Sequence record: OP310984.1
Direction: 5' to 3' (one strand)
DNA length: 64,000 bases
The notes beneath the pieces are model-generated. The model did no database searches. It worked only from the letters and a program-made list of their open reading frames with translations, and had not been told where the DNA came from. Within the stretch, counting starts at the first letter, position 1, and every line of letters begins with the position of its first letter. This document shows, piece by piece, positions 33,123 to 49,988 of the stretch. The position numbers and the translations under genes are program-made.

Positions 33123-33611
33123 TTAAGCAAATTTTTCAGGAGCACCACGTACCATTACACAGATCCATGATTGTCCATTATGGGAACGTTTTACTTCATG
33201 TAATTGGGATAGATGGAATACTAATCCTTCACCTTTTCCAATTAATAGTTCCTCACCATCTAAAATGAACTTAGCATCAGGTCCAATATTCCAAGCAAGA
33301 ATAGTACCGGACTCGGGTTTATCTACCCAATAATTCATCTCATCTAGAAATCCATCTATTTTGGGGAAATCTAAAAACCATACTTGTAGTGCTTTGTTAA
33401 ATAGTTCTTCGCCTAAAATTGGTTTAATTTCTTTACGCTGTTTAGCAGTCCAATTAAACCATTTTGAAGTATTATAAACACTACATGCTTTAAGGCCATT
33501 AGTGCCAACTCGCATACGGTGGCCATATGAGTCTCTAAATGAAACTTCGCCTTTAAGCTTTGTTAATGTTTTTAGTTCTGCCTTAGATAGAGTCTTAAGT
33601 TTAATTGCCAT
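33123..33611 (-). CDS. Degenerate 2OG-Fe(II) oxygenase/cupin-like protein
   Basis: GEGLVFHLSQLHEV distal His present; no clear HxD. Confidence 0.55.
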   Translation of the reverse strand: MAIKLKTLSKAELKTLTKLKGEVSFRDSYGHRMRVGTNGLKACSVYNTSKWFNWTAKQRKEIKPILGEELFNKALQVWFLDFPKIDGFLDEMNYWVDKPESGTILAWNIGPDAKFILDGEELLIGKGEGLVFHLSQLHEVKRSHNGQSWICVMVRGAPEKFA

Positions 33612-33619
33612 GTTGTACC

Positions 33620-34102
33620 CTACTCGTAGAGATATATAAGGACGTATCTTTTATTTTTAACTGGAGGGACTTCATGTGGCTCTGAACGGATTGGAAAAAT
33701 AGTAGCCCTACCTGGTACATCCTGATAAAACTCACCATTGATCGTTATACCATCGCCATTGTCATTTAATGCAATAACCATGTTGTAACGATAAACAGCT
33801 TGGTCGATGTGTTCAGGCATACCTGTACCAATTTCATATCGGTTGATTAGAACTTCGCCTAACCAAGCACCTTCTACCTTAGGTGCAATATGAAATAGTA
33901 ATTCCCGTAATTCCACTGGCATTTGGTTATGACCTAAAAACCAATAATCACATTCAGTGATACCTTTGGTTGGGATACTATTAATTTTTTTCCGATTAAA
34001 CCACCAGGAATCTCCCAGTGTATCCAGATAAGATACAAGGTCAGCTGCAAATTCAGCTGAAAACACGTCCTTGGTCGATCTTTCGTGGGCCGATAAGCTC
34101 AT
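33620..34102 (-). CDS. 2OG-Fe(II) oxygenase
   Basis: INRYEIGTGMPEHID...PHEVPPVKNKRY gives HxD, distal H and R; start at 34102 (AGGTG RBS) or 34117. Confidence 0.8.
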   Translation of the reverse strand: MSLSAHERSTKDVFSAEFAADLVSYLDTLGDSWWFNRKKINSIPTKGITECDYWFLGHNQMPVELRELLFHIAPKVEGAWLGEVLINRYEIGTGMPEHIDQAVYRYNMVIALNDNGDGITINGEFYQDVPGRATIFPIRSEPHEVPPVKNKRYVLIYLYE

Positions 34103-34655
34103 GCAGGCCACCTGCATATCGATGTGCTTTCTCAGCGTCGAGATCTTCCCTGGATTTATAGATAACGTCTGGGCTCTCAATTAGGGCCTCCTTATGCGCG
34201 CGATTAGTTCGTTTAACAAGATCAATATAATCAAGCATTTCTTCTAGTTCATCTAACTCTTGACCATATTTTTCAGCTAGCTGTTTAATTGCACGTGCAA
34301 GGATATTAATTTGCTCAGTCACTGGATAGCGTTCAGTAATTTTGTAGGCCACTTTACTATTTAAGTGATCTTCAGTAATCACTTGTGGCGCTTCTTCTTT
34401 AGGAACAATCTTCCAATCGGAAAGTGTAGGTTGTTTACCAGGTGTATTACTTACGACTACATCATAAGTACCCATTTCGGCTTCAACAAAAATGGTGTGC
34501 TCACGTGACTTAGCATCGAATGCATCTAAAGGTAGATAGCCTACGCTTTGTAGGAATACCTCAGAAGTACGGTTAAACATTAATAGTACTTTTACTTTAT
34601 CTTCAGTAGGCGCAGTAGCTAAAGATAGTTCTTGGAGTGATAACGGATTATTCAT
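34053..34655 (-). CDS. Tail fibre assembly/chaperone-like protein
   Basis: Start MNNPLS coupled by TAATG to the fibre gene; ITERYPVTEQINIL motif. Confidence 0.55.
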   Translation of the reverse strand: MNNPLSLQELSLATAPTEDKVKVLLMFNRTSEVFLQSVGYLPLDAFDAKSREHTIFVEAEMGTYDVVVSNTPGKQPTLSDWKIVPKEEAPQVITEDHLNSKVAYKITERYPVTEQINILARAIKQLAEKYGQELDELEEMLDYIDLVKRTNRAHKEALIESPDVIYKSREDLDAEKAHRYAGGLHELIGPRKIDQGRVFS

Positions 34656-36046
34656 TATACAAGTGCTCCAGCTCGAATCATCCAACGCCATGTACCATTA
34701 TTTCTAACTGCTACATATTGCTGGTAATAATAGGCTTCAAAGGGGGTATTAGTTCTAACACCTACAACAGCGTAAGTGCCTTCAGGATATTTGGTATTAT
34801 CTGTAAACATCGTATTTAACGTGTTTAATGCTTCTGCTTCACTATTTACCTGACCTAAGGTAATGGCTTTAATCTTATCTTTGTTCCACTCTTTAAAAGC
34901 TTCAACCCAGTCTTGCCAAGTACCATCGCTTGCTAGATAATATCTCTCAGGGTCATTTAATATTGATGCATTACCTTTACCTAATGCATTCCATTTAAAT
35001 ACGCCACTAGTTACTTCTTCAGCTGGAATATCTTTTCGAACATCATTCCAGAAATTCTGATATACCTTACCTGTTCCAGTAACTGGATAACCCTGACTAT
35101 TAGTAGTAGCACCAATAGTGGTCGCATTAGCAGCTTGTTCATTGACACCTAATAATGGAGCTATTTTAGAATCCATCACTGGTTTGGTATATGATCCAAC
35201 TTGGTCAGCTGTGACAACGTGTGGGTTATTGAAGTTTTTAATATGTGCTGCAAGTTTAGCCAATGTATCAATATTAAGAATACGATAAATACCACCAATT
35301 GGCATGTATTTATTATTTACATTTCTATTAACTGACTCAGCCTCAGTAGCAAAACCCCAGTTAGATATCTTATCAAGCGGTGGAATTAACTTGAATCGAT
35401 CATCAGCATGCGGATTATTATAATCAGTTAAGTGTGCTGTAACTCGATCTCTATAATCATCCACAGCAGTTTTTGCATCGGTGAGATAAACTTTATAATA
35501 ATCATCGGCAGCATTATCCATGGCACTTCTACCGACCCGATAAGCGTGTGCTATTCGGTTTAATTCAGTTACCATTGTATCTGTGCCATAAATCTGCCAA
35601 TATTCATGGCCGTGAGGTGCAGGCGGATATGCATCGGGTTTACCAATAATATCATCCCAAGTGAAACTTAATTCATCTAATTCAAGTTTATCAAAAACAG
35701 CTTTAAGTTCTAATGCCGAAATACTAAAGAAACCACCAACTGCTCTATATGTAACTTGGACATTAGGACTAACCTTAGGATCAGTTACTACAACAATACC
35801 CATTACTTCTAAGCCAGTCATTTCAGATAACTGTGAATAAAGATAGGTTGTTTTATATTGATCTTTGTTTAAAGATAAGCCAGTCTTCTTATCACGTAGA
35901 TTAAAGTCCTTTGTATAAAAACCACCATGTGTACACATAAGTACGCGGTGTGTTTTATTAGCAACTTGAATGAGTGTGTGGTCCTCATCTACAATGTAAT
36001 TAGAAGCCAATTTAGCTTTTAGATCTAATGGTAAAAAAGTAATCAT
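34655..36046 (-). CDS. gp131-family tail fibre protein (gp135 position)
   Basis: H..N..NPH repeats; start MITFLPLD at 36046 (TAATG overlap). Confidence 0.8.
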   Translation of the reverse strand: MITFLPLDLKAKLASNYIVDEDHTLIQVANKTHRVLMCTHGGFYTKDFNLRDKKTGLSLNKDQYKTTYLYSQLSEMTGLEVMGIVVVTDPKVSPNVQVTYRAVGGFFSISALELKAVFDKLELDELSFTWDDIIGKPDAYPPAPHGHEYWQIYGTDTMVTELNRIAHAYRVGRSAMDNAADDYYKVYLTDAKTAVDDYRDRVTAHLTDYNNPHADDRFKLIPPLDKISNWGFATEAESVNRNVNNKYMPIGGIYRILNIDTLAKLAAHIKNFNNPHVVTADQVGSYTKPVMDSKIAPLLGVNEQAANATTIGATTNSQGYPVTGTGKVYQNFWNDVRKDIPAEEVTSGVFKWNALGKGNASILNDPERYYLASDGTWQDWVEAFKEWNKDKIKAITLGQVNSEAEALNTLNTMFTDNTKYPEGTYAVVGVRTNTPFEAYYYQQYVAVRNNGTWRWMIRAGALV

Positions 36047-37419
36047 TATGCCGGTTCCCCTATATTGGTCCACGTTGATCCCACTTTACGTAAGAATAAA
36101 GTATTCCTATAGGAAGTAGCTGTTGTACCGTTACCATGTCCAATCACGAATTCTTGATCGTAATGGCAAATAGCTAACGAACCAGGCCACCATTGTTCAG
36201 GATCTGAGAAGTATGTGTTATGGAAGGCAATTGCTTCTTGAATAGATTTAAAGTTGGTGTTATTCCAGTGGACCATCGTCCCTGTTTTTTGGAAGCGATT
36301 AAATATAAAACCGAAATGAGTCCATTGACCATTAGGCATCAATGTCCAATCACGGCCTGGCCAGGTAGCTGAATTACCAATCCTACCAGGTGCTAGTCGA
36401 CCAGTCGTCAATACACTTAAAGGCATTTTAGCACGTACTGTTTCACCCATGCTATAAACATCTTGACCAAATAAAAGTTTAGACGTATTGGCTGTTTTAC
36501 CTTTATCTAATTTTTGATTTAGTAAAATATTAGCTTGAGTAACAGTATACGTATTTAATTGTTCAGCCGTTACCCTGTGTGGGTTAGTGGTGACATCATT
36601 AACGTGTGCCAGATATTGAACTGTATAATTGGTATCAACTGATAACTTCATTGACCATGGCGTAGCATAGACATTCATGATAGCGCCATTTGGCTGTTTG
36701 GCTTGTGTTTCAGTTGCAATGCCAGCATTATAAACATTACCTAATGCCACTTGCCCTTTACGTGTCTGGTGTGGGTTAGTGGTGGTATCATTGATGTGTT
36801 TAGTAAGTCGTGCTTCAATTGTATTAAGATCAGCTTCTATTAGACTTAACTGATATTTAAACTCATCTAAAATGGAGTCATATGAGTCTGATGAGCTTTT
36901 CTTTAATAAGTCAGTTATTTCTTTTAACTTAACAACTCTAGGCGTAAAACCATAAAGTTCCCAATAGGCATGCATATGTCCATTAGGTTTGAATTGGTCA
37001 GGAATATCTAGGATATTAGACCAATGTGGTTTACGGGTATTATTTAAAAGAGCATTAGCATGCTCAGAAATGGAAGGCGCAAGGTTACAGTATATACCAC
37101 CGCACATCTGAGCATCAATGTAAATATCCTCGTGGACATCTTGTTTTGTAATGACAATTACTGAACAAGCTTCAAGTCCAGTCTTCTCGATTACCTCCGG
37201 ATTAATACCAGTGCACTGATAATCCATCTCTGGATTTAACTCATTTTGCCTACCATCTCTGATAACCATTCCTTTAGTATAAAAGTAACCCTTATCCATC
37301 ACGATGATGCGATAGGGGAATCCTTTCTGTTTTGCTAGTGAATGGTATTCACCCTTTGTTCGGTTACTATAACTCTCTCCAGTTTCATCAAATGGAAGAG
37401 GTAAAAGTAATGGATTCAT
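36046..37419 (-). CDS. gp131-family tail fibre protein (gp134 position)
   Basis: LPFDETG N-terminus, NPH repeats. Confidence 0.8.
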   Translation of the reverse strand: MNPLLLPLPFDETGESYSNRTKGEYHSLAKQKGFPYRIIVMDKGYFYTKGMVIRDGRQNELNPEMDYQCTGINPEVIEKTGLEACSVIVITKQDVHEDIYIDAQMCGGIYCNLAPSISEHANALLNNTRKPHWSNILDIPDQFKPNGHMHAYWELYGFTPRVVKLKEITDLLKKSSSDSYDSILDEFKYQLSLIEADLNTIEARLTKHINDTTTNPHQTRKGQVALGNVYNAGIATETQAKQPNGAIMNVYATPWSMKLSVDTNYTVQYLAHVNDVTTNPHRVTAEQLNTYTVTQANILLNQKLDKGKTANTSKLLFGQDVYSMGETVRAKMPLSVLTTGRLAPGRIGNSATWPGRDWTLMPNGQWTHFGFIFNRFQKTGTMVHWNNTNFKSIQEAIAFHNTYFSDPEQWWPGSLAICHYDQEFVIGHGNGTTATSYRNTLFLRKVGSTWTNIGEPA

Positions 37420-37430
37420 CTAAACTATCC

Positions 37431-38819
37431 TTATGGAATTACCCAGCCACCTTGTGAACGGAAACACACGTAGTTAGGAGTATAATCAACGAAAATCAAT
37501 CCGTTACCAGCTGCCTGGATTTTCTTTTCTTTAATAGTAAAGAATACAGTAGATCCAATAGGCCATGTATCTAGATTAGTAAAGTTAGTTCTACAGAAAT
37601 CTAATGCTGCCTGCACGGATGGTTGTAATCCTAGTGCATAAAACTTTAACTTAACCGGAAATGAATACTCTGTGGCTAATTGATCAAAATGTGTAAATAT
37701 ACCATTCCCACGGAGTGGTGCTTTCCATTGCCCCATTGTACCAGAACCAATCCGATTTATATTGATGACATTACTCTGACCATCACCAGCTGTAAAGTTC
37801 ACATCGGTATCAAAGTTCTTACGCATCCACCAAATAAGATCGCTATAACCCATTAAAGTAGCAGTTGGTTGCCCTTTAGGTTTATAATAAACCATATTAG
37901 TATTAGCTACTGTATCAGTCTTTAAATATTTACCAGTAATTCGTGAATCAAAATCACTTTTCAAATACGACTGTACATGCGTATTTTTTACTTTATGTGG
38001 ATTATCACGGCGAGCTATGTGGACATTAAGTGGTTTTATAGCTATTTCATCTAATACGCCATATGCTAACTGCGGTGTTAGATAATGTGCATTAGATTGA
38101 CCTAGTTGAGCAATGGCTGGAGTAGCCAATGGAAAGTTATTAACTAAACCTAGTTCAACATTAGTTGGGGTAATCTTGTGTGGATTAGCTTTATCTTGAA
38201 TATGTTTTTCTAGGCGATCATTAAATTTCTTTAAGAACTCATCATAAATCTCTTTAACTTTACTACGGTATTCATCTTCACCGCTTGTATCACCAGCCAT
38301 GAGTGCCTGTGTTATCCACTCCATCTCGTTATTATAAGGCTGATACGTATCAAGATGCCATCGTTCGCCAACTAACTCACCGTCTTTCCAATATGGTTCG
38401 TTACCAGTGTAGTCGAGATCTTTTGGCTTTGGCTTACCATTTGTTTTCCACCAGTTAATATAATCGTCGATAACTGTGAAACTAAAAGCTAGGTCACCAC
38501 CAACCATGTGAGCTGAAGTATACACTATTGGTGTACTAGGTGTTTTTAAGAAAACAATTGCTGAGCATATTTCTTGACCAACATATGCACTAGCATCTTT
38601 ATGATAATAAGTAACAATGTAATCGATATCTTTAACTAAACGATTATATTTACCATCATAAACTTCTAACCCTTTTGTATAGAATCCACCATGATATAAC
38701 TTGATGATTCTATAGTCGAATCCCTGATACTGAACTAGAGTATGAGGCTCGCTACCAATGAAACAATCTGGATTTGTACCTAATGGATCAAATGGTAATT
38801 GTAAAATAGGATTATACAT
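37431..38819 (-). CDS. gp131-family tail fibre protein (gp133 position)
   Basis: LPFDPLG N-terminus, NPH repeats. Confidence 0.8.
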   Translation of the reverse strand: MYNPILQLPFDPLGTNPDCFIGSEPHTLVQYQGFDYRIIKLYHGGFYTKGLEVYDGKYNRLVKDIDYIVTYYHKDASAYVGQEICSAIVFLKTPSTPIVYTSAHMVGGDLAFSFTVIDDYINWWKTNGKPKPKDLDYTGNEPYWKDGELVGERWHLDTYQPYNNEMEWITQALMAGDTSGEDEYRSKVKEIYDEFLKKFNDRLEKHIQDKANPHKITPTNVELGLVNNFPLATPAIAQLGQSNAHYLTPQLAYGVLDEIAIKPLNVHIARRDNPHKVKNTHVQSYLKSDFDSRITGKYLKTDTVANTNMVYYKPKGQPTATLMGYSDLIWWMRKNFDTDVNFTAGDGQSNVININRIGSGTMGQWKAPLRGNGIFTHFDQLATEYSFPVKLKFYALGLQPSVQAALDFCRTNFTNLDTWPIGSTVFFTIKEKKIQAAGNGLIFVDYTPNYVCFRSQGGWVIP

Positions 38820-38848
38820 AAGAAATACCTTTTAACTGAAACAGCAAA

Positions 38849-38877
38849 AAGAGACACAGCTTTTGGCTGTGTCTCTT
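38849..38877. terminator. Hairpin terminator
   Basis: AAGAGACACAGC-TTTTG-GCTGTGTCTCTT. Confidence 0.75.
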
Positions 38878-38893
38878 ATGCCAGGTCAGATGT

Positions 38894-39226
38894 TTATAGA
38901 CGGTCTGCTGCGTCATTAAATAATTTCGCAAGTGGACCGTATATGTGCACTCGATTATAATCATCTGTCCGTTTAGGAGTCATGTACGTAGTGTTATTGA
39001 AACCTTCTTGTGCACGCTTCTTAGTAGCTGGACGATAGTTAGCCACATTACCAAGACCAATATCCGATGGTTGCAGATTATGTGGGTTACCTCTAGCTGC
39101 AATATGCCCATTGATCCTATTAATAACGGCTATGAATTTATTAAGGACTGCCTTAGTAAATAAGCCTTGATTACTAATAGAAGCATTTATTTGAGCATCC
39201 ATCTCTTGACGTGTAACTTCTGCCAT
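38894..39226 (-). CDS. Small gp131-family protein (gp132 position)
   Basis: HIAARGNPHNLQPSDIGLGNVANY repeat unit. Confidence 0.75.
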   Translation of the reverse strand: MAEVTRQEMDAQINASISNQGLFTKAVLNKFIAVINRINGHIAARGNPHNLQPSDIGLGNVANYRPATKKRAQEGFNNTTYMTPKRTDDYNRVHIYGPLAKLFNDAADRL

Positions 39227-39238
39227 TTTTAAATCCTC

Positions 39239-41554
39239 TTATGGACCAGTGGGTGGAGTTGGTTCAATATGTTTCACACGTGTACCCCTGCCATTCCATA
39301 ATAAGGAGTTATCAGGTGAATCTCCCCAGAACATGACTTGATTCAAAGTATTTACTGTCACAGTGAAATTATGCCCTGCTGCCAATTGAATATATGGTCC
39401 AGCATGGTCATCTACGTCACATTGTCCATTATCGTTATTTCCGAAGAAAGCGATTTGGCCATCACCATACATCACTGTGTAATGTGTGTACAATCCTGAT
39501 ACACCACCAATTGGGTTACTATTTACATTAGCAGTTACATCGTTACCACGTCCATCAAACCATAATGGCGAGATAACCATAAAGGATGTATCATTACCAT
39601 TGCGGATGATTTCCATGACATGTACTTTACTAGATTCAGATGTATAATCTTCAGGAGCAACTAATGGATCTATTGAATGCATGATGATGTGGGTGCAACC
39701 AATTGACATTGAATCAATAACATGATTCAATGGTTTAATTGTGTTGTTAACAAAATCATTAAAAGCACTAATGAAGCTTGGGATACCATAAGCTGTATAT
39801 ACATAGTCAGCACTGCTAGCTGGACCTATGTTTACAACAACTGTCATTTCACCAGGATAGGTGTCTTCAGTATTGGTAAATATAGCCCATGGTTTATTAG
39901 CAGCAGGTACTAATAGTTCAGATGTACCACCTTTAACACAACGATAAAGATCTTGGTGCTCAAAGATTGCTGATTCACCTGTTGAACTAAAGATGAACTT
40001 ACCTGTTAACATATACAGAGATGTTTTATTCGCCCAGATACTTGAAGGAATATTTCCATCTATAGGTGCAGTCCATTCTACTGGAATTGGTATCATCTCA
40101 TCGACTTTAGTTTCATCGATACATGCTGACTTGGCTACACCATTCTCTACCCAATACTGACCATATCGGTGAGATACCCAGGATTCCTGAGCATATCCTA
40201 AACGCTCTGGTATAACAGCATAAGGGTTAGCTGGCGATTTAGGATGAACTACACAGTCATCTCTGACAATTGTACAATCCCACCAACTATTAAATCCAGC
40301 ATAAGCATGGAAACCTGCCGTGACACCTTGAATTAATTCCATTCGGTCATATTCACTAGTATCATCCACAATAACTGGTAATGTATCTATCTTTAATTGT
40401 ACATCATCCCAGTTAGCGTTATAACCGGCTGCCATCCTTTCAATATCACCGAATGATGGGAATTCATCTTTCCATTGCTCAGGTGTTAATCCACCAAAGG
40501 TAGAAGCATCACCACCACCTAGTCCTGCCAGTAGTTGATCAACTTGTGTTTTAGTATATGCATTAACCTGGTCGGCAGTTACAACGTGTGGGTTATTTTC
40601 ATTACTAATATGTTGATTAAGTTTCTCTTCTAGTTCATTAATTCTAGAAGCATCACCAATCTGACTATAGAGAATAGATGCAGTATAAGGTGTTAATAAT
40701 ACCGAATCATTAGTTACGTCTACCGCAGTAGTTGGTGTTGCAGCTGGGTAGTTAGGAACATTACCTAAATTAATATCAGCTGCTGTTAGACCGTGTACGT
40801 TACCCCTAGCCGCTATGTGGGCATTAAGCGGATTTACGGCAAACTTATTAACTAATGCTAATGTACCACGTGGGTTCGTAAATAGATCATTACGATTAGC
40901 ATCTAAATGCTGTTGATCACTTGCCATTGCATAGTTTGGAACTAGTGACAAGCCAACTTGTGCTTTAGTTACCCTGTGTGGGTTATTATAATCATGAATA
41001 TGTTGGTCAGTTGTACCGGCAGCCGCAGCACGGATAGCTTCTATAATCCCTTCGATACCTTCAAGAATCTCTTTACTACCTACTAATGAATCAATAGGTT
41101 GATTGTGTTCTAAAGGTGGGAAAGAAGCAGGTAATGGACCAATTGCACCCCATGACCGAATCAAGGGGTTATACTGTTTGCGTGCAAGCTCAGCCAGGAT
41201 CTGCTGATTACTAAATCCCCATTGCCCACCTATTGTACGATAATCCATACCAATCATAGCATTTATCGAACGCTTCATGATACGTATAGATCCAGCGATA
41301 GGTCTACCTATCGATTCCATAGCTTCAATAAACCAATGCCCAATAAGGTAATCAACACCTTCTACATAAGTCTGATTGGTCAGTGGGTTAAATAGTCGTA
41401 ATGAATCTACAAAGAAAGGTGCAGCAAATGGTATAATGAAATAATAATCATCACCATCTGGTACCTGGAGAGTTTGGCGCTCACCTTTAATAAAGTTCTG
41501 GGGATTTGTTCCATTGGGGTCGAATGGATATAACCCAGTTTCACCGTGGGCCAT
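39239..41554 (-). CDS. gp131: Tail fibre/baseplate protein with a C-terminal beta-propeller
   Basis: 771 aa; NPH repeats followed by an RCC1-like propeller (FGNNDNGQC, LAAGHNFT). Confidence 0.85.
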   Translation of the reverse strand: MAHGETGLYPFDPNGTNPQNFIKGERQTLQVPDGDDYYFIIPFAAPFFVDSLRLFNPLTNQTYVEGVDYLIGHWFIEAMESIGRPIAGSIRIMKRSINAMIGMDYRTIGGQWGFSNQQILAELARKQYNPLIRSWGAIGPLPASFPPLEHNQPIDSLVGSKEILEGIEGIIEAIRAAAAGTTDQHIHDYNNPHRVTKAQVGLSLVPNYAMASDQQHLDANRNDLFTNPRGTLALVNKFAVNPLNAHIAARGNVHGLTAADINLGNVPNYPAATPTTAVDVTNDSVLLTPYTASILYSQIGDASRINELEEKLNQHISNENNPHVVTADQVNAYTKTQVDQLLAGLGGGDASTFGGLTPEQWKDEFPSFGDIERMAAGYNANWDDVQLKIDTLPVIVDDTSEYDRMELIQGVTAGFHAYAGFNSWWDCTIVRDDCVVHPKSPANPYAVIPERLGYAQESWVSHRYGQYWVENGVAKSACIDETKVDEMIPIPVEWTAPIDGNIPSSIWANKTSLYMLTGKFIFSSTGESAIFEHQDLYRCVKGGTSELLVPAANKPWAIFTNTEDTYPGEMTVVVNIGPASSADYVYTAYGIPSFISAFNDFVNNTIKPLNHVIDSMSIGCTHIIMHSIDPLVAPEDYTSESSKVHVMEIIRNGNDTSFMVISPLWFDGRGNDVTANVNSNPIGGVSGLYTHYTVMYGDGQIAFFGNNDNGQCDVDDHAGPYIQLAAGHNFTVTVNTLNQVMFWGDSPDNSLLWNGRGTRVKHIEPTPPTGP

Positions 41555-41651
41555 GGTTGCCCTCCTTTAATAAAACGCTATTGCGCAATTTGTTAGCGTA
41601 ATGATGTGAAATTCACATAGGATTGTCCAATCATTCCATGGAGACTAATAG

Positions 41652-42935
<1,284 letters not shown>

Positions 42936-42938
42936 CGT

Positions 42939-42970
42939 CATAAGCCCTCCCGTAATGGGAGGGCATTATG
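42939..42970. terminator. Bidirectional hairpin terminator
   Basis: CATAA-GCCCTCCC-GTAAT-GGGAGGGC-ATTATG. Confidence 0.8.
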
Positions 42971-42984
42971 TTGTTTAGAAATTA

Positions 42985-45675
<2,691 letters not shown>

Positions 45676-45695
45676 CTAAATTTTAAAGTGAGTAA

Positions 45696-47876
<2,181 letters not shown>

Positions 47877-47883
47877 GGAGCGA

Positions 47884-48759
<876 letters not shown>

Positions 48760-48767
48760 GGTGTGTA

Positions 48768-49211
48768 ATGGCTGATACAAGAGCTGAATTAGTAGCTGCT
48801 TGGAATGTGGCTAATAAACCTAAAGATAATAATGGTAAGCCTAGGGATTTAACTGTTGATGATGTTGAATTTATAGGGACTGATACATTCTTAGCAACTG
48901 GTACAAATGCCAAAACAACAATGAGAGCGAAGACCAGTTCACTTTATTTTAAAGGTGAGACAGTTATTTACTTTAATAGACGCTCTTTACCAGAGTACTG
49001 TCTTGGTATAAAAGTACCGGGTAAACCAACTGACTATACTGATAATTTAGAAGTAGCTGAAAAATTAAGAGATGTTTACGGTATTCCATTTATTATAGAT
49101 GAGATACAACCGCAACCTATTACTGGGAATACGGTTACGATACATCCATACTTTAATAACTTGTCGTGGATACCAACAATACCAGTAACTCTTGAATTTG
49201 AAAGTAGTTAA
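48768..49211 (+). CDS. Virion structural protein (gp126 position)
   Basis: 147 aa, GAGG RBS. Confidence 0.7.
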   Translation: MADTRAELVAAWNVANKPKDNNGKPRDLTVDDVEFIGTDTFLATGTNAKTTMRAKTSSLYFKGETVIYFNRRSLPEYCLGIKVPGKPTDYTDNLEVAEKLRDVYGIPFIIDEIQPQPITGNTVTIHPYFNNLSWIPTIPVTLEFESS

Positions 49212-49233
49212 ATAAAAAAAAATAAAGACATAG

Positions 49234-49255
49234 CCCCTCTCCATGCGGAGAGGGG
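49234..49255. terminator. Bidirectional hairpin terminator
   Basis: CCCCTCTCC-ATGC-GGAGAGGGG. Confidence 0.75.
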
Positions 49256-49275
49256 TTTATGCCATTACTTAATTA

Positions 49276-49908
49276 TTACCATTCAACCTTAAATTCACCG
49301 CATTTAAATGACAGTTTATTAGATCGATGATCTCGCCCAAACCAACATCCTTCCTTGGTAACTGCATCTGCGATTTGTGGTTTAACCATATTGTTTTTGT
49401 ATGATTCACGAAGTGCAGTATATAGGGCTTTATGACATGTTTCGAAGAATACCTTATTAATAGGATTCTTATCATTAACTCGTGCTAGTGAATGTTTATC
49501 AAGAAGAGTGTGCATTCCAATTGAATACTTCTGGATAGTTTCTAGATCTTTCTTAAGCGCCCAGATACCATAAGTTACTTTTAGAGAAGTATTAGCTTTG
49601 GTTGATGGAATAAATGCTGATGGGTCATCAATCATTGGTGCTAATTGCTCAGTGGAATATGGATTATAAGAAAGATATTGTTGGCCATCCCAAATATACA
49701 TATCCATTGTATCTTGAACGACATATAGAACTAGAACTTTACCATTTGCCGGTAGATCACATTTTGTATTTACTTCTACAGTGTCATTAAAATCTGGTTT
49801 ATAGTTACTATAACTATTCATCAATACCACATCATCGAATAGTCCTGCCATATTCACCGTATTTTTGTTTAGTAATTCTTTAAAGAATTTATTCATTTTA
49901 GCTAGCAT
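49276..49908 (-). CDS. Hypothetical protein
   Basis: 210 aa, AGGAG RBS. Confidence 0.75.
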   Translation of the reverse strand: MLAKMNKFFKELLNKNTVNMAGLFDDVVLMNSYSNYKPDFNDTVEVNTKCDLPANGKVLVLYVVQDTMDMYIWDGQQYLSYNPYSTEQLAPMIDDPSAFIPSTKANTSLKVTYGIWALKKDLETIQKYSIGMHTLLDKHSLARVNDKNPINKVFFETCHKALYTALRESYKNNMVKPQIADAVTKEGCWFGRDHRSNKLSFKCGEFKVEW

Positions 49909-49960
49909 TGTATTACTCCTTTTTTACAATATTTGATTAAACTATACATTACTCATAAAT

Positions 49961-49982
49961 AAGCCCCTCCGAAGAGGGGCTT
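49961..49982 (-). terminator. Hairpin terminator (cUUCGg on the minus strand)
   Basis: AAGCCCCTC-CGAA-GAGGGGCTT. Confidence 0.8.
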
Positions 49983-49988
49983 TCATGC

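Noticed and set aside
41575-41599. ACGCTA-TTGCGCAA-TTTGT-TAGCGT palindrome in the gp131/gp130 divergent region
   Set aside because: Short, single occurrence, and could arise by chance; no supporting second site.
49205-49225. Long A-runs in intergenic spacers as phase-variation sites
   Set aside because: Non-coding, next to terminators, and expected in an AT-rich genome.
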